Part shown: piece by piece, positions 30,131 through 38,531 of the stretch | Position numbering within the stretch: the stretch's first letter is position 1 | Layout: every line of letters starts with the position of its first letter | NCBI GenBank assembly: GCA_963665775.2 | Contig: CAXXTF010000001.1 | Span: 288,001 to 352,000, forward strand | Direction: 5' to 3' | Length of the DNA stretch: 64,000 nt | DNA from: Dehalococcoidia bacterium | GTDB taxonomy: Bacteria; Chloroflexota; Dehalococcoidia; SM23-28-2; RBG-16-64-32 | Translations under genes and position numbers: made by a program | Notes under the pieces: model-generated | What the model saw: only the letters and a program-made list of their open reading frames with translations | What the model was told of the DNA's origin: nothing | Databases searched by the model: none

Positions 30131-30358
30131 CTATCGGTCCGCCATGCTGTTGACGAAGATGCGGCGCGGCGTTTGCCACGACAACGGTGCACCCAACCTT
30201 TGGGGCTGCAACTGAACCTCATCCGGTGCCGACTCGTAACCGGGGACCGCCATCGCTTTCAAGCGTGGATAGAGCGAGAACATGTAGCAATGGTCACACC
30301 CCGGAGATACGCGAGTGCAACCGGTTACGGGGTTCCACGTTTCGTCTGTCCAATCAAT
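30131..30358 (-). pseudogene. DUF5131 fragment (second copy, start missing)
   Basis: Copy of 3773-4000. Confidence 0.85.
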
Positions 30359-30389
30359 GGGAATTATATACTATTCTAGCCACGCCACC

Positions 30390-30554
30390 CTAAACGGTGA
30401 CGGTGCCGCTTACCGATGCGTTGGGGTTCCGGCCTGATGCCACTTCCAACGTAGCGTTGGATGGCCCTGACTCGCTCTGGCAGGCGGCCGCCGCCATCGG
30501 GACTGTCCAGATGCCTATAACCGTAAGCAGAGCGGCCTTGACGCTGGTCTTCAT
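30390..30554 (-). pseudogene. Lipoprotein N-terminal stub (YbaY-like start)
   Basis: MKTSVKAALL...AAAC...ASVSGTVTV then stop. Confidence 0.45.
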
Positions 30555-30723
30555 CGGGCAACCTCGGTGACGAGGATAAGATTGGGCTACATCCGGTAAC
30601 AACAATTATATAGACGCAGTCCGGAGCATATTTGTTCCAGGGCTCACGGGGCTTGCCGCGTTTGAGTGCACGCTGTTCGATCTGTCGCCTTCAAGGTCTT
30701 CTAGTGTCTCTTAAAATGGCCGT

Positions 30724-31716
30724 TCAAGGCGCCCAGACGTTGAAGTTTTCGAAGCTGGGCTCCCCCGTATGGCTATCGAATAAGCCACCCATCGCGCTAG
30801 TTCCACCGCTTGCCTGGTTGTGGCCCAGGTCCAGCTTGGCAACCAACTGGTCGTTTACGAAAAACCAGCCGGACTCCTCGATTGCGATCACTAGCAGGTG
30901 GTTTCTATTCAGTAACCTTATCCCTGCGTCCGATAGGTAGCCATCCGCACCGCCATCGCCAACGTCGCTGATTTCGTGGAACCACCGGGCGTTATCGGTC
31001 AGTCCGATTACCTCCACGTGGTTACGTTCTGCGAAACGAATTATGAAGCCGTAATCCCAATCACGTCCAGGTGGATTGACGAATTCGGCTTCTGCTACCA
31101 AGTCCCGTGTCCACACCCCGCTATGATGCTGGGCTACGAACTCCGCTTCATATTCCAGCTTCCCTTCGGCGGGGCCGTAGCGCCTGCTCAACCGGTCGCC
31201 TCTGAAATTCTCGAACCGGGTGACCGCGCCCGCGACTTCATCGCCTTTAGACGCTCCGGTAATGACTGCGACGTCTCCAGCCTCGGTCACGGCTGATAAA
31301 TCGAGAGCGGAGACAAATTCGCCGTTGACGGAAAGCCAGCCGCGTTCTTTGATGGCGACTACTCTCAGGTGGTTCCGGCCCCCGGCGCCGGTGTCGAAGG
31401 TTTTGAGGGTTCCACCGCCCACCCGTTGGGTGTCGGCGTTTGACGTTTCCCTCCAACCAAGATACCAACGCCGGTCGCTTGTTACCACGAAGTGAATAGA
31501 CAGGCCGGTGTTTTCTCGTCGAAATATGAACCCGTAGTCCCAATCGTTCGAAGTTGCGGAATACGGGTTGACGAAGGTAGCTTCCACTATCATGTCGCCA
31601 ATAGAAACGCCGGCAAACTCAGTCTCGATGAACCCGTCCGATGGGTCGTGCCGTAGTTCGCCGCTGGTGGGGCTGAAATCGCTGCTCCTACTGAGTAGGC
31701 TCCGAACATGCTTCAT
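30724..31716 (-). CDS. Hypothetical protein with two tandem beta-sandwich (lectin-like) domains
   Basis: Internal duplication: EATFVNPY..WDYGFIFR...NHLRVVAI..RGWLSVNG and EAEFVNP..WDYGFIIR...NHLLVIAI..SGWFFVND. Probably a detached C-terminus of the upstream protease. Confidence 0.65.
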   Translation of the reverse strand: MKHVRSLLSRSSDFSPTSGELRHDPSDGFIETEFAGVSIGDMIVEATFVNPYSATSNDWDYGFIFRRENTGLSIHFVVTSDRRWYLGWRETSNADTQRVGGGTLKTFDTGAGGRNHLRVVAIKERGWLSVNGEFVSALDLSAVTEAGDVAVITGASKGDEVAGAVTRFENFRGDRLSRRYGPAEGKLEYEAEFVAQHHSGVWTRDLVAEAEFVNPPGRDWDYGFIIRFAERNHVEVIGLTDNARWFHEISDVGDGGADGYLSDAGIRLLNRNHLLVIAIEESGWFFVNDQLVAKLDLGHNQASGGTSAMGGLFDSHTGEPSFENFNVWAP

Positions 31717-33091
31717 CGGCGGGCAGCCCTACGTTTCCGGAACTATTCACCGCCGTTACCACGTAGCAGTACGTTGTCCCAGGCTCCAAGTCTGAGTTCG
31801 TGTACAGCGTTAGTCCCACGGGCACGCTGGCCACGAAGGGGTACAGCCCTCCTGAGGCCGTACCGCGCCAGATGTTGTAGTGATCAACATCCTGACCCAG
31901 GATGGGGTTCCAGACCAGTGTGATCTTGCCGCTGGCCCCCCCGGGAATGGCCTCCAACCCGGTCACCTGGTCCGGCGGCGTACCGCCCGGCGTGGCGGTC
32001 GGTGTCGGCGTCGGAGACGGCGAAGCCCCAGGCGTGGGGGATGCCGTGGGCGTGGGAGCGGGTGGGCCGGCCCGGAGTGTGGGAATTTGCTGTTGCACCG
32101 TTGTCCCTGAGATTGCAAAGCCCAGCCCCTCGGTGGGCCTCCCACTCGGCGATTCCTCAACACGGCCGGTGTTGATGCCCAGGATTTTGCCCCACATCGA
32201 GAGCAGTGGTCCGCCGCTGTTGCCGGGGTTGATGGCGGCGTCGGTCTGAATCAAATCGCGGCGGTGCGCTGAATCGTAACGCACTGCCGACACGATGCCG
32301 CGGGTTACGGTGGCCTGGCCGCGAAAATTCAGGGCGTATCCGATGACCACCACTTCGTCACCGGGCTGTAGGGCTGCGGCATTGCCAAAGGGCAGGGTCT
32401 GGAAGCTGCCGCAGCAGATGCTGACCACGGCCAGATCACGAACGCTGTCAGTGCCCAGGACGGAACCGCTATAAGTGGTGGAATCGTTTACTGTGACGCT
32501 GACCTGTACGTCACCTTCGACGACGTGATGGTTGGTGACGACGTACCCAGTCCGGCCCTGCGTCTCGAAGATGACCCCGGAGCCCATCCTAGAACTGGTC
32601 TGAATGCGCACCACGGCGGGCCTGACCTGCTTGATCATAGCGCTCAGCGCCGGTGCCGGGTCTTTGGTTGGCGTGGGTCTAGGCGTTGGAGTCGGGGGGC
32701 TCGAGCCGATAGGCGGACAGTCAGCCGGCAGGTTCACCGGCAGCGCCACCACATGTCGCAGGATCGTGAGGGCGTCCACGGCGTCCGCGTCCCCATCGCA
32801 ATCAATATCGCCCTTGGTTGGAGTCGGGGGGCTCGAGCCGATAGGCGGACAGTCAGCCGGCAGGTTCACCGGCAGCGCCACCACATGTCGCAGGATCGTG
32901 AGGGCGTCCACGGCGTCCGCGTCCCCATCGCAATCAATATCGCCCTTGGTGTGTACAGACAGGGCGATGTTGACTGTAGCCTCTGTTAGGGGCGTTGGGA
33001 TCGACGTCGCGACAGGGGGCGAGCCTATGGCTGCCGACACCCCAATGAGAACAATCCCACTAACAATTCCTATAATCCATTTTGTACACAT
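31688..33091 (-). CDS. Trypsin-like S1C serine protease with two dockerin-like repeats and a C-terminal FN3 domain
   Basis: GSGVI, VTNHHVV, RDLAVV, IQTDAAINPGNSGGPL; KGDIDCDGDADAVDAL x2; ITLVW...YNIWR...LEPGTTYCYVVTAVN. Confidence 0.88.
   Translation of the reverse strand: MCTKWIIGIVSGIVLIGVSAAIGSPPVATSIPTPLTEATVNIALSVHTKGDIDCDGDADAVDALTILRHVVALPVNLPADCPPIGSSPPTPTKGDIDCDGDADAVDALTILRHVVALPVNLPADCPPIGSSPPTPTPRPTPTKDPAPALSAMIKQVRPAVVRIQTSSRMGSGVIFETQGRTGYVVTNHHVVEGDVQVSVTVNDSTTYSGSVLGTDSVRDLAVVSICCGSFQTLPFGNAAALQPGDEVVVIGYALNFRGQATVTRGIVSAVRYDSAHRRDLIQTDAAINPGNSGGPLLSMWGKILGINTGRVEESPSGRPTEGLGFAISGTTVQQQIPTLRAGPPAPTPTASPTPGASPSPTPTPTATPGGTPPDQVTGLEAIPGGASGKITLVWNPILGQDVDHYNIWRGTASGGLYPFVASVPVGLTLYTNSDLEPGTTYCYVVTAVNSSGNVGLPADEACSEPTQ
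32685..32950. repeat. Perfect 132-bp tandem duplication (dockerin-like module x2)
   Basis: Units start at 32685 and 32817. Confidence 0.95.
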
Positions 33092-33392
33092 CTTCAAAGG
33101 AACCCCCTTGTGGCAAAGGACCGGCTGCTCTACCACATGCTGACCCGGTCCCGCACTTGCCTCAAGGGGGCATGATGCCGCCCCTAGAGCAGAACCTAAC
33201 TAATGCTATAGTAAGACTAGCATACCAAATAGGAAGAAGGCCTGGCGGTGGCTGACGATGTGACTGAGAGTGAGAGTATACCAAAGCTCTTCCAGATAGC
33301 GCGCCAGGTGCTTGCGGATGACCTTGCGTCAAGTATATAATTGCCGATCGAATCCATGCCTAGCACTGGTAGTATCGCTCTTGTCGGACGCT

Positions 33393-33613
33393 TCAGTGTT
33401 GGTCGAAGAGGTCCCGGATGTCCACGTTTAGAGCCTTGGCCAGCCTCTCAATATTGACCAGGGAGACGTTCCTCTCCCCCGCTCAGCCGAGCTCACATAG
33501 GTCCTGTGTAGACCTGCCCGGAAGGCAAGCTCCTCCTATGACAGCCCGCGCTCCAGCCTGAGTTGCCTGAGCCGTAGCCCGAATCTCCCCCTGATGTCTG
33601 TGCTCGGCGGCAT
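33393..33613 (-). pseudogene. XRE-family HTH / restriction-modification controller (C) protein with a stop and a 1-bp frameshift
   Basis: FGLRLRQLRLERGLS*EELAFRAGLHRTYVSSAERG / ERNVSLVNIERLAKAL. Confidence 0.85.
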
Positions 33614-33642
33614 AGTAGCCCTCGTGGGGACAATGAGGGCTT

Positions 33643-33672
33643 GACTTCTTTGAGTCTACAGACTTATAAGTA
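33643..33672 (-). promoter_or_regulatory. C-box-like double operator
   Basis: Minus strand TACTTATAAGTC-TGTA-GACTCAAAGAAGTC, 29 bp upstream of the C-protein start. Confidence 0.65.
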
Positions 33673-33734
33673 GCGATGGCTGGAGAGACCGATCGCTCGT
33701 CGCGTAGGGACGCTCGGACCGAAAGTAGGACGAA

Positions 33735-34229
33735 ATGCAGCCAGGACCTGGAAAGGCGGGCTCGCTAGTTGCGCTGGCGCTCTATTTGGTTGTTGTGCCG
33801 TTCGTTTGGTGGTTTTTGCTTTGGGCAGCCCTGAACTGGCCGGTCAGCATCATTTGGTGGCTCCTGCTAATTGGCTTCAGCCTGGGCATACTGCGCGGAT
33901 TGTCGGTGGCTATAAGCGACATCGCTGCCGCTTGGGCGCCAAACGAAGGTGCCGCTGGCTACACGACAGACACCGGGAACGCGCTCGCACAGCACAAGAA
34001 TAGTGGGGAGTTGTACATCGTGCGCTACCGCGGGAACGAGATTATTGCTGGCGCCGGGCCTATCGATCCGCGAGCCCTTCTGGGAGAGGATCCCGAGGAT
34101 GCGCTTGAACGCCCCACGCACGAGCTTTACGACAGGATCGGCGCGTGGGAGGTAGGCGCTGGCTACGCCTCATGGCTCCGGGCCGCTAGTGGAGCCGAGC
34201 TGCTAAGCTATCCGATAGGAGTGAGATAG
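33735..34229 (+). CDS. Hypothetical membrane protein
   Basis: Two N-terminal TM helices followed by a soluble domain. Confidence 0.5.
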   Translation: MQPGPGKAGSLVALALYLVVVPFVWWFLLWAALNWPVSIIWWLLLIGFSLGILRGLSVAISDIAAAWAPNEGAAGYTTDTGNALAQHKNSGELYIVRYRGNEIIAGAGPIDPRALLGEDPEDALERPTHELYDRIGAWEVGAGYASWLRAASGAELLSYPIGVR

Positions 34230-34249
34230 GGGTCAGACCCCATGCAAGG

Positions 34250-34372
34250 CTAGATCCCGGCAGGGATCTGACGGTCGTTTGCCTCAACTGTCCCAGGATG
34301 CTTTACAGGGTTAATCCGCGCCTGACGATCGAGGAGTTGAGGAGTCGCATGGGCTACGCAAGCCTAGGCTGA
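34250..34372 (+). pseudogene. HNH endonuclease C-terminal remnant
   Basis: DPGRDLTVVCLNCPRMLYR...LTIEELR, a degenerate form of DLxxxCxNCHRMxH. Confidence 0.45.
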
Positions 34373-34561
34373 GCGTGGCGCTTACCCGCGCATTAGCTCT
34401 GTGGTGCCGCGGCCAGTTCATCCTGCCAAGCCCCAGGAATTCTGAAAAATCTCGTAGATAGCACTCCACCCCTCCTAGGTCAGCAGCGGAAGTGGGGACG
34501 CTTCCTACCAGGCACCGATCCGGTTCAGCCTGACAGCAACGCGGACAGCAAGCTAGGCTGA

Positions 34562-34583
34562 TCTGACCCCAATTCTGACCCCA
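34562..34583. repeat. Tandem TCTGACCCCA x2, putative integrase arm-type sites
   Basis: Direct repeat ~100 bp inside the tRNA fragment; further GCGGACGGAC repeats lie alongside. Confidence 0.55.
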
Positions 34584-34685
34584 ACGCGGACGGACACTGG
34601 CGACTGCGGACGGACTGCGGCGGCCATGAGGCGCCTAGCTTAGATACAGAGGGAGCCTCTGTGCACGCCTGTGGACCTCATGGGT

Positions 34686-34726
34686 CGGTTTACGAAACCG
34701 CTGCTCTACCGCTGAGCTACAGTGGC
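34686..34726 (-). tRNA. 5' half of tRNA-Thr(CGT) (fragment; island attachment site)
   Basis: GCCACTGTAGCTCAGCGGTAGAGCAGCGGTTT-CGT-AAACCG, then no T-arm or 3' acceptor strand; promoter TTGTCG-N17-TAAGAT at 34767-34739. Confidence 0.85.
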
Positions 34727-34832
34727 CCCTGCGTCTTCATCTTAGAACCCTGTCGTCTCCGCGACAATGGTGACACAGGCGCCGCAGAAGCCCATAATAA
34801 TTACGTCATGCACTTCGAGAGGAAGGGACTGA

Positions 34833-35507
34833 ATGGCGTATCGAGTAGCGTTTCCCCTGGCCCTTCTATCGCTTGCCATCATCGCAGCGGCCTGCGGCGG
34901 TGGCGACAGCTCGCCCGCAGCCGAATCCCCTTCAGCCACCTTGTCACCTCAAGTCAACGCCTGCCCATCGCCGATAGGAGCGGCTCTCCAGCCTATGGCT
35001 AAGACCTACCCGAACCGGCCCAAGCTAGCCATCGATCCGGCCAAGACGTATCTGGCCGTGATCACTACCGTCCGCGGCGAGTTCACCATCGAGTTCCAAC
35101 CGGATGTCGCCCCGGAGACCGTCAACAGCTTCATCTTCCTGGCCCGCGACGGCTACTACGACGGCGTCACCTTCCACCGGGTCATTCCCGGCTTCATGGC
35201 CCAAGGCGGCGATCCCACCGGCACCGGCTCCGGCGGGCCCGGCTACACCCTTCCCGCCGAGTTCAGCGACCTACCGTACGAGCGCGGCACCGTGGGTGTC
35301 GCCCGCTCGGCCAGCCCGGACAGCGGCGGCAGCCAGTTCTTCATCGCCTTCGGGCCTCAGCCCAGCCTCAACGGCCAGTACACCGTCTTCGGCCAGGTGA
35401 CCGTGGGGATGGACGTCGTCGACTGCCTCACCGCCCGCGATCCGAGCAGAAACCCCGCCGCGCCCGCCGGCGACGCCATCGTCAGCATCGAGATCCGAGA
35501 GCAGTAG
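34833..35507 (+). CDS. Cyclophilin-type peptidyl-prolyl isomerase lipoprotein
   Basis: AAAC lipobox; FHRVIPGFMAQGGDPTGTGSGGPGY, GSQFFI, YTVFGQV. Confidence 0.93.
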   Translation: MAYRVAFPLALLSLAIIAAACGGGDSSPAAESPSATLSPQVNACPSPIGAALQPMAKTYPNRPKLAIDPAKTYLAVITTVRGEFTIEFQPDVAPETVNSFIFLARDGYYDGVTFHRVIPGFMAQGGDPTGTGSGGPGYTLPAEFSDLPYERGTVGVARSASPDSGGSQFFIAFGPQPSLNGQYTVFGQVTVGMDVVDCLTARDPSRNPAAPAGDAIVSIEIREQ

Positions 35508-35537
35508 CCGGCTCCGCTAGCTCCCCGCAGGGTAGTC

Positions 35538-35712
35538 TCACCGCCGGCGGGCCTGCAGCGCCTGCGCCTCCTGGCTGGGCGCCCCGAACCGATGCAGCCT
35601 GTGGTTTACGAACTCCATCCCCACCTCGAACTCCCCATGCACCACCTCGGCGGCACCGTCAAGCATATCAGGGTCTGACGGGTGATCGCGGAGGTAGGAC
35701 TGGGCCTGGGTT
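35538..35712 (-). pseudogene. Orphan 3' fragment of a high-GC gene
   Basis: Reading frame ...YLRDHPSDPDMLDGAAEVVHGEFEVGMEFVNHRLHRFG...* has no start of its own. Confidence 0.35.
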
Positions 35713-36702
35713 CTATCGGCGCTGCAGGTCGACATCCCCTGCTGAAAGCAAGAGAGTCCGGTCTTCAAGCCATACCACGGCAGCCATGTAGTAGCGACCA
35801 TCGGGCAGTGAGTGGCCAAGGATTTCTGCCGTCGTCACAGTGACAATGAATTGCCTGGACTCTTCTGGGGCGAGGTAAAAGACTGACTTTTCCAAATAGC
35901 ACCTCGCCGCGGGTCTCCAGTCCGCCTTTCCTGCGGCATAAGCCGCGTCGCGGCGTCCGAGGTCGCGGTATACATACACAGTCAGCGGACATTCGCGTGC
36001 GACAGAGGCTGCCAAGCGCGTGTTGCTTGTATTGGTCACAGTCAATCTGGCCTCAATGGTAGGCGGTGAAATGCTTCCCGCGCCTGTCTCCACTCGATAG
36101 GGCAGGCCATCTGATATTCTTTGGCTCGGCAGCGGTGCCTGCTTCATGGCTAGCGCCACCTGTCCGGCGGGGATTTCGATCACGCGATCGTTCACCAGAA
36201 CCTGCGCTGCAAGAAAGTAGCTCCCGTCCGGAAGGAAGCGGCCAAGGAGCGGATGACCCACGATCTCGTACGTAGGGATCAGTAGTCGCAGCTCCTCTGG
36301 CGAAAACGACTCGTCTGGAGCAAGCTCACGATCAACCCGGTGGCTAGTGCAAGCAAAAAAACTTCCCGTCACAGGATCACGCCGATTTGCCGAGTCCCAC
36401 ATTGGAGCGCCTGAACGGGCAGGGTTGTCGAACATGAGCAGATGGGTGAAGGAACAGCCGCCGTACTTAACCTGTAGGATCTTAGCAGTCTCGTTGGTCA
36501 ACGTTACCGAGACATCTAGCATGGTCGGTGCTTCATCAACAAGCCTCGCCTCGGCTGTGTAGCTAAGGCCGTTAGCGGTCACTACGTTGGGTTGATCAGT
36601 AGCTTGTTGACAGCCTGCGCCCAACGCGATAGCGGCGATTAACAGCGACCCCATCGAAGGGATTCGTGGAGCTCCAAGACGGTTTTTCAAGTCCACGGTC
36701 AC
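35713..36702 (-). CDS. Hypothetical lipoprotein with two tandem Ig-like (BsuPI-like) domains; lower GC than flanks
   Basis: GAGC lipobox; internal repeat GLSY..VTLTNET..LAPDES..LPDGSYFLAA vs GLPY..LTVTNTS..LAPEES..LPDGRYYMAA. Confidence 0.65.
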   Translation of the reverse strand: MTVDLKNRLGAPRIPSMGSLLIAAIALGAGCQQATDQPNVVTANGLSYTAEARLVDEAPTMLDVSVTLTNETAKILQVKYGGCSFTHLLMFDNPARSGAPMWDSANRRDPVTGSFFACTSHRVDRELAPDESFSPEELRLLIPTYEIVGHPLLGRFLPDGSYFLAAQVLVNDRVIEIPAGQVALAMKQAPLPSQRISDGLPYRVETGAGSISPPTIEARLTVTNTSNTRLAASVARECPLTVYVYRDLGRRDAAYAAGKADWRPAARCYLEKSVFYLAPEESRQFIVTVTTAEILGHSLPDGRYYMAAVVWLEDRTLLLSAGDVDLQRR

Positions 36703-36706
36703 GATC

Positions 36707-37630
36707 CTATCTTGTCACGGCGGGCCGGTTCCGCCGCCCCACGTGCCGCTCCGCGTGGTACGAGGAGCGCACCAGCGGCCCCGCCTCCACATGGCGGAGC
36801 CCCAGCCGGCGACCCGTCTCCGCCAGTGCCTCGAACTCTTCCGGGTGATAGAACCGAGCCACGGCCAGGTGCCTGCGGCTGGGCTGCAAGTATTGACCGA
36901 TGGTCAGAACATCGCAGCCAGCGTCCACCAGATCGGCCATGACCTGAAGCACCTCGGCCTGCGTTTCCCCCAGGCCTACAATCAGGCCACTCTTGATGAC
37001 CGTCCCGGCATCCATCTTCTTGGCCCGCCGCAGCAGCTCCAGGGAGCGCTCATAGCGGGCCCTTGGCTGCACCCGGCGGTGCAGCCGGGGCACCGTCTCC
37101 ATGTTATGGCTCAGGACCTCTGGACGGGCGTCCATCACCGTCGCTAGGGCCTCCTCGTCGCCTCTGAAGTCTGGAATCAGCACCTCAACCGTGGTCTCCG
37201 GCGAAAGCCTTCGAATCCAGCCGATGGTGGACGCGAACAGGGAGGCTCCGCCATCCGCTTCATCGTCCCGGTTGACGGACGTCACCACGGCATGCCCCAA
37301 CCCCAGCTCCCGCACAGCGCGGGCCACCCGCATCGGCTCCAGCTGGTCCAGCCGCGTGGGCCTGCCCGTCTTCACGGCGCAGAAGCCGCAGGCGCGGGTG
37401 CAAACGTCGCCCAGAATCATAAAGGTGGCGGTGCCGGCCTCCCAGCACTCCGCCACGTTGGGACAGTGAGCCTCCTCGCATACCGTATGCAGGCGGCCCT
37501 CCCGCATGATCCTCCGAAGCCGCTGATAGTTGGGGCCAGCGGGGAAGCGCACTCGGAGCCACGACGGCTTGCGCACCGGCGGGGAGTCGTCGTGGCTCCG
37601 GCCTTCAGGGCTCGCTTCTCGTCTCGCCAC
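36707..37630 (-). CDS. lipA: Lipoyl synthase
   Basis: [29 protein letters not shown]. Confidence 0.97.
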   Translation of the reverse strand: MARREASPEGRSHDDSPPVRKPSWLRVRFPAGPNYQRLRRIMREGRLHTVCEEAHCPNVAECWEAGTATFMILGDVCTRACGFCAVKTGRPTRLDQLEPMRVARAVRELGLGHAVVTSVNRDDEADGGASLFASTIGWIRRLSPETTVEVLIPDFRGDEEALATVMDARPEVLSHNMETVPRLHRRVQPRARYERSLELLRRAKKMDAGTVIKSGLIVGLGETQAEVLQVMADLVDAGCDVLTIGQYLQPSRRHLAVARFYHPEEFEALAETGRRLGLRHVEAGPLVRSSYHAERHVGRRNRPAVTR

Positions 37631-37710
37631 TCGCCCATCTTACCATCCCCGACCGATGAGCTTTGCCTCCCGACGGCTGCTATACTCTGTAGGGCAGAAA
37701 GGAGAAGGCA

Positions 37711-38370
37711 GTGCGCAATCTCCTCATCATCGGCGACGAGAATATGGCAGCCTACGCTGAGGCCATGGAGGCCGAAGGCTACAGCGCCTGTCTGCGCCCG
37801 CCGGGCGCCTCGGGGCCGATCGAAGATAGCTTCGACGCCGTCATCCTGGACCTGACCACCCTGGGCGAGGACACCGCCACCAAGCGTCTGCTGGAGGAGG
37901 CCCGAGGGGAGGACTCGCCTGCCCTCATCGCCATCATCGGCCCCGACCAGGTGGCCGCCTTCGATCCCACCCGGAATCTGGACGACTTCCTCCTGGCCGG
38001 CGCCACTCCGAGGGAGCTCACCGCCCGCGTCCGTCAAGCCCTCTGGAAACGCTCCCGCGTGGACACCAAGAACATCCTCAAGTGCGGCGACCTGGTGATA
38101 GACCTGGCCAACTACACGGTCCATGTAGCCGGCAGGCCGGTAGAGATCACCTTTAAGGAATACGAGCTGCTGCGCTTTCTGGCCACCAACCGCGACCGCG
38201 TGTTCAACCGTGACACGCTCCTCAACAAGGTCTGGGGCTACGACTTCTATGGCGGCGCCCGCACCGTGGACGTTCACATCCGGCGGCTACGCTCGAAGAT
38301 CGAGGACCGCCAGCACACCTTTATCGAGACTGTGCGCAACGTCGGCTACCGCTTCCGGGTCATCTCGTAG
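37711..38370 (+). CDS. glnR: OmpR-family regulator with atypical receiver, GlnR-like
   Basis: Degenerate receiver (LDDFLLAGATPRELTAR, no KP); VWGYDFYGGARTVDVHIRRLR; orphan (no kinase) directly upstream of amtB. Confidence 0.75.
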   Translation: MRNLLIIGDENMAAYAEAMEAEGYSACLRPPGASGPIEDSFDAVILDLTTLGEDTATKRLLEEARGEDSPALIAIIGPDQVAAFDPTRNLDDFLLAGATPRELTARVRQALWKRSRVDTKNILKCGDLVIDLANYTVHVAGRPVEITFKEYELLRFLATNRDRVFNRDTLLNKVWGYDFYGGARTVDVHIRRLRSKIEDRQHTFIETVRNVGYRFRVIS

Positions 38371-38437
38371 ACCCGCCGCACACCATCCTTGCCGGCCCTA
38401 TGGCCTCACCTGCACCCTCGGCCTGGGAAAGGCCCTC

Positions 38438-38475
38438 GTAACATCGGCTTAACCGCCGCGTAACACGCCCGTAAC
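38438..38475 (+). promoter_or_regulatory. Four 11-bp-periodic half-sites (GlnR-box-like) upstream of amtB
   Basis: GTAAC(38438)-N6-TTAAC(38449)-N6-GTAAC(38460)-N6-GTAAC(38471). Confidence 0.8.
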
Positions 38476-38531
38476 ATGCCTCCCCCTGACCCCGTGATAA
38501 GTTGTCGCAAATAGATAAGGGAGGATCATCC

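Larger units (their letters stand above)
28792..30358. repeat. Right arm of the 1.55-kb inverted duplication
   Basis: Reverse complement of 3773-5324 with about a dozen substitutions and four indels. Confidence 0.95.

Noticed and set aside
34500-34726. Intron-containing or complete tRNA-Thr
   Set aside because: The break comes after the anticodon stem rather than in the loop, no 3' half or group I intron core is visible, and arm-like repeats point to an att site.
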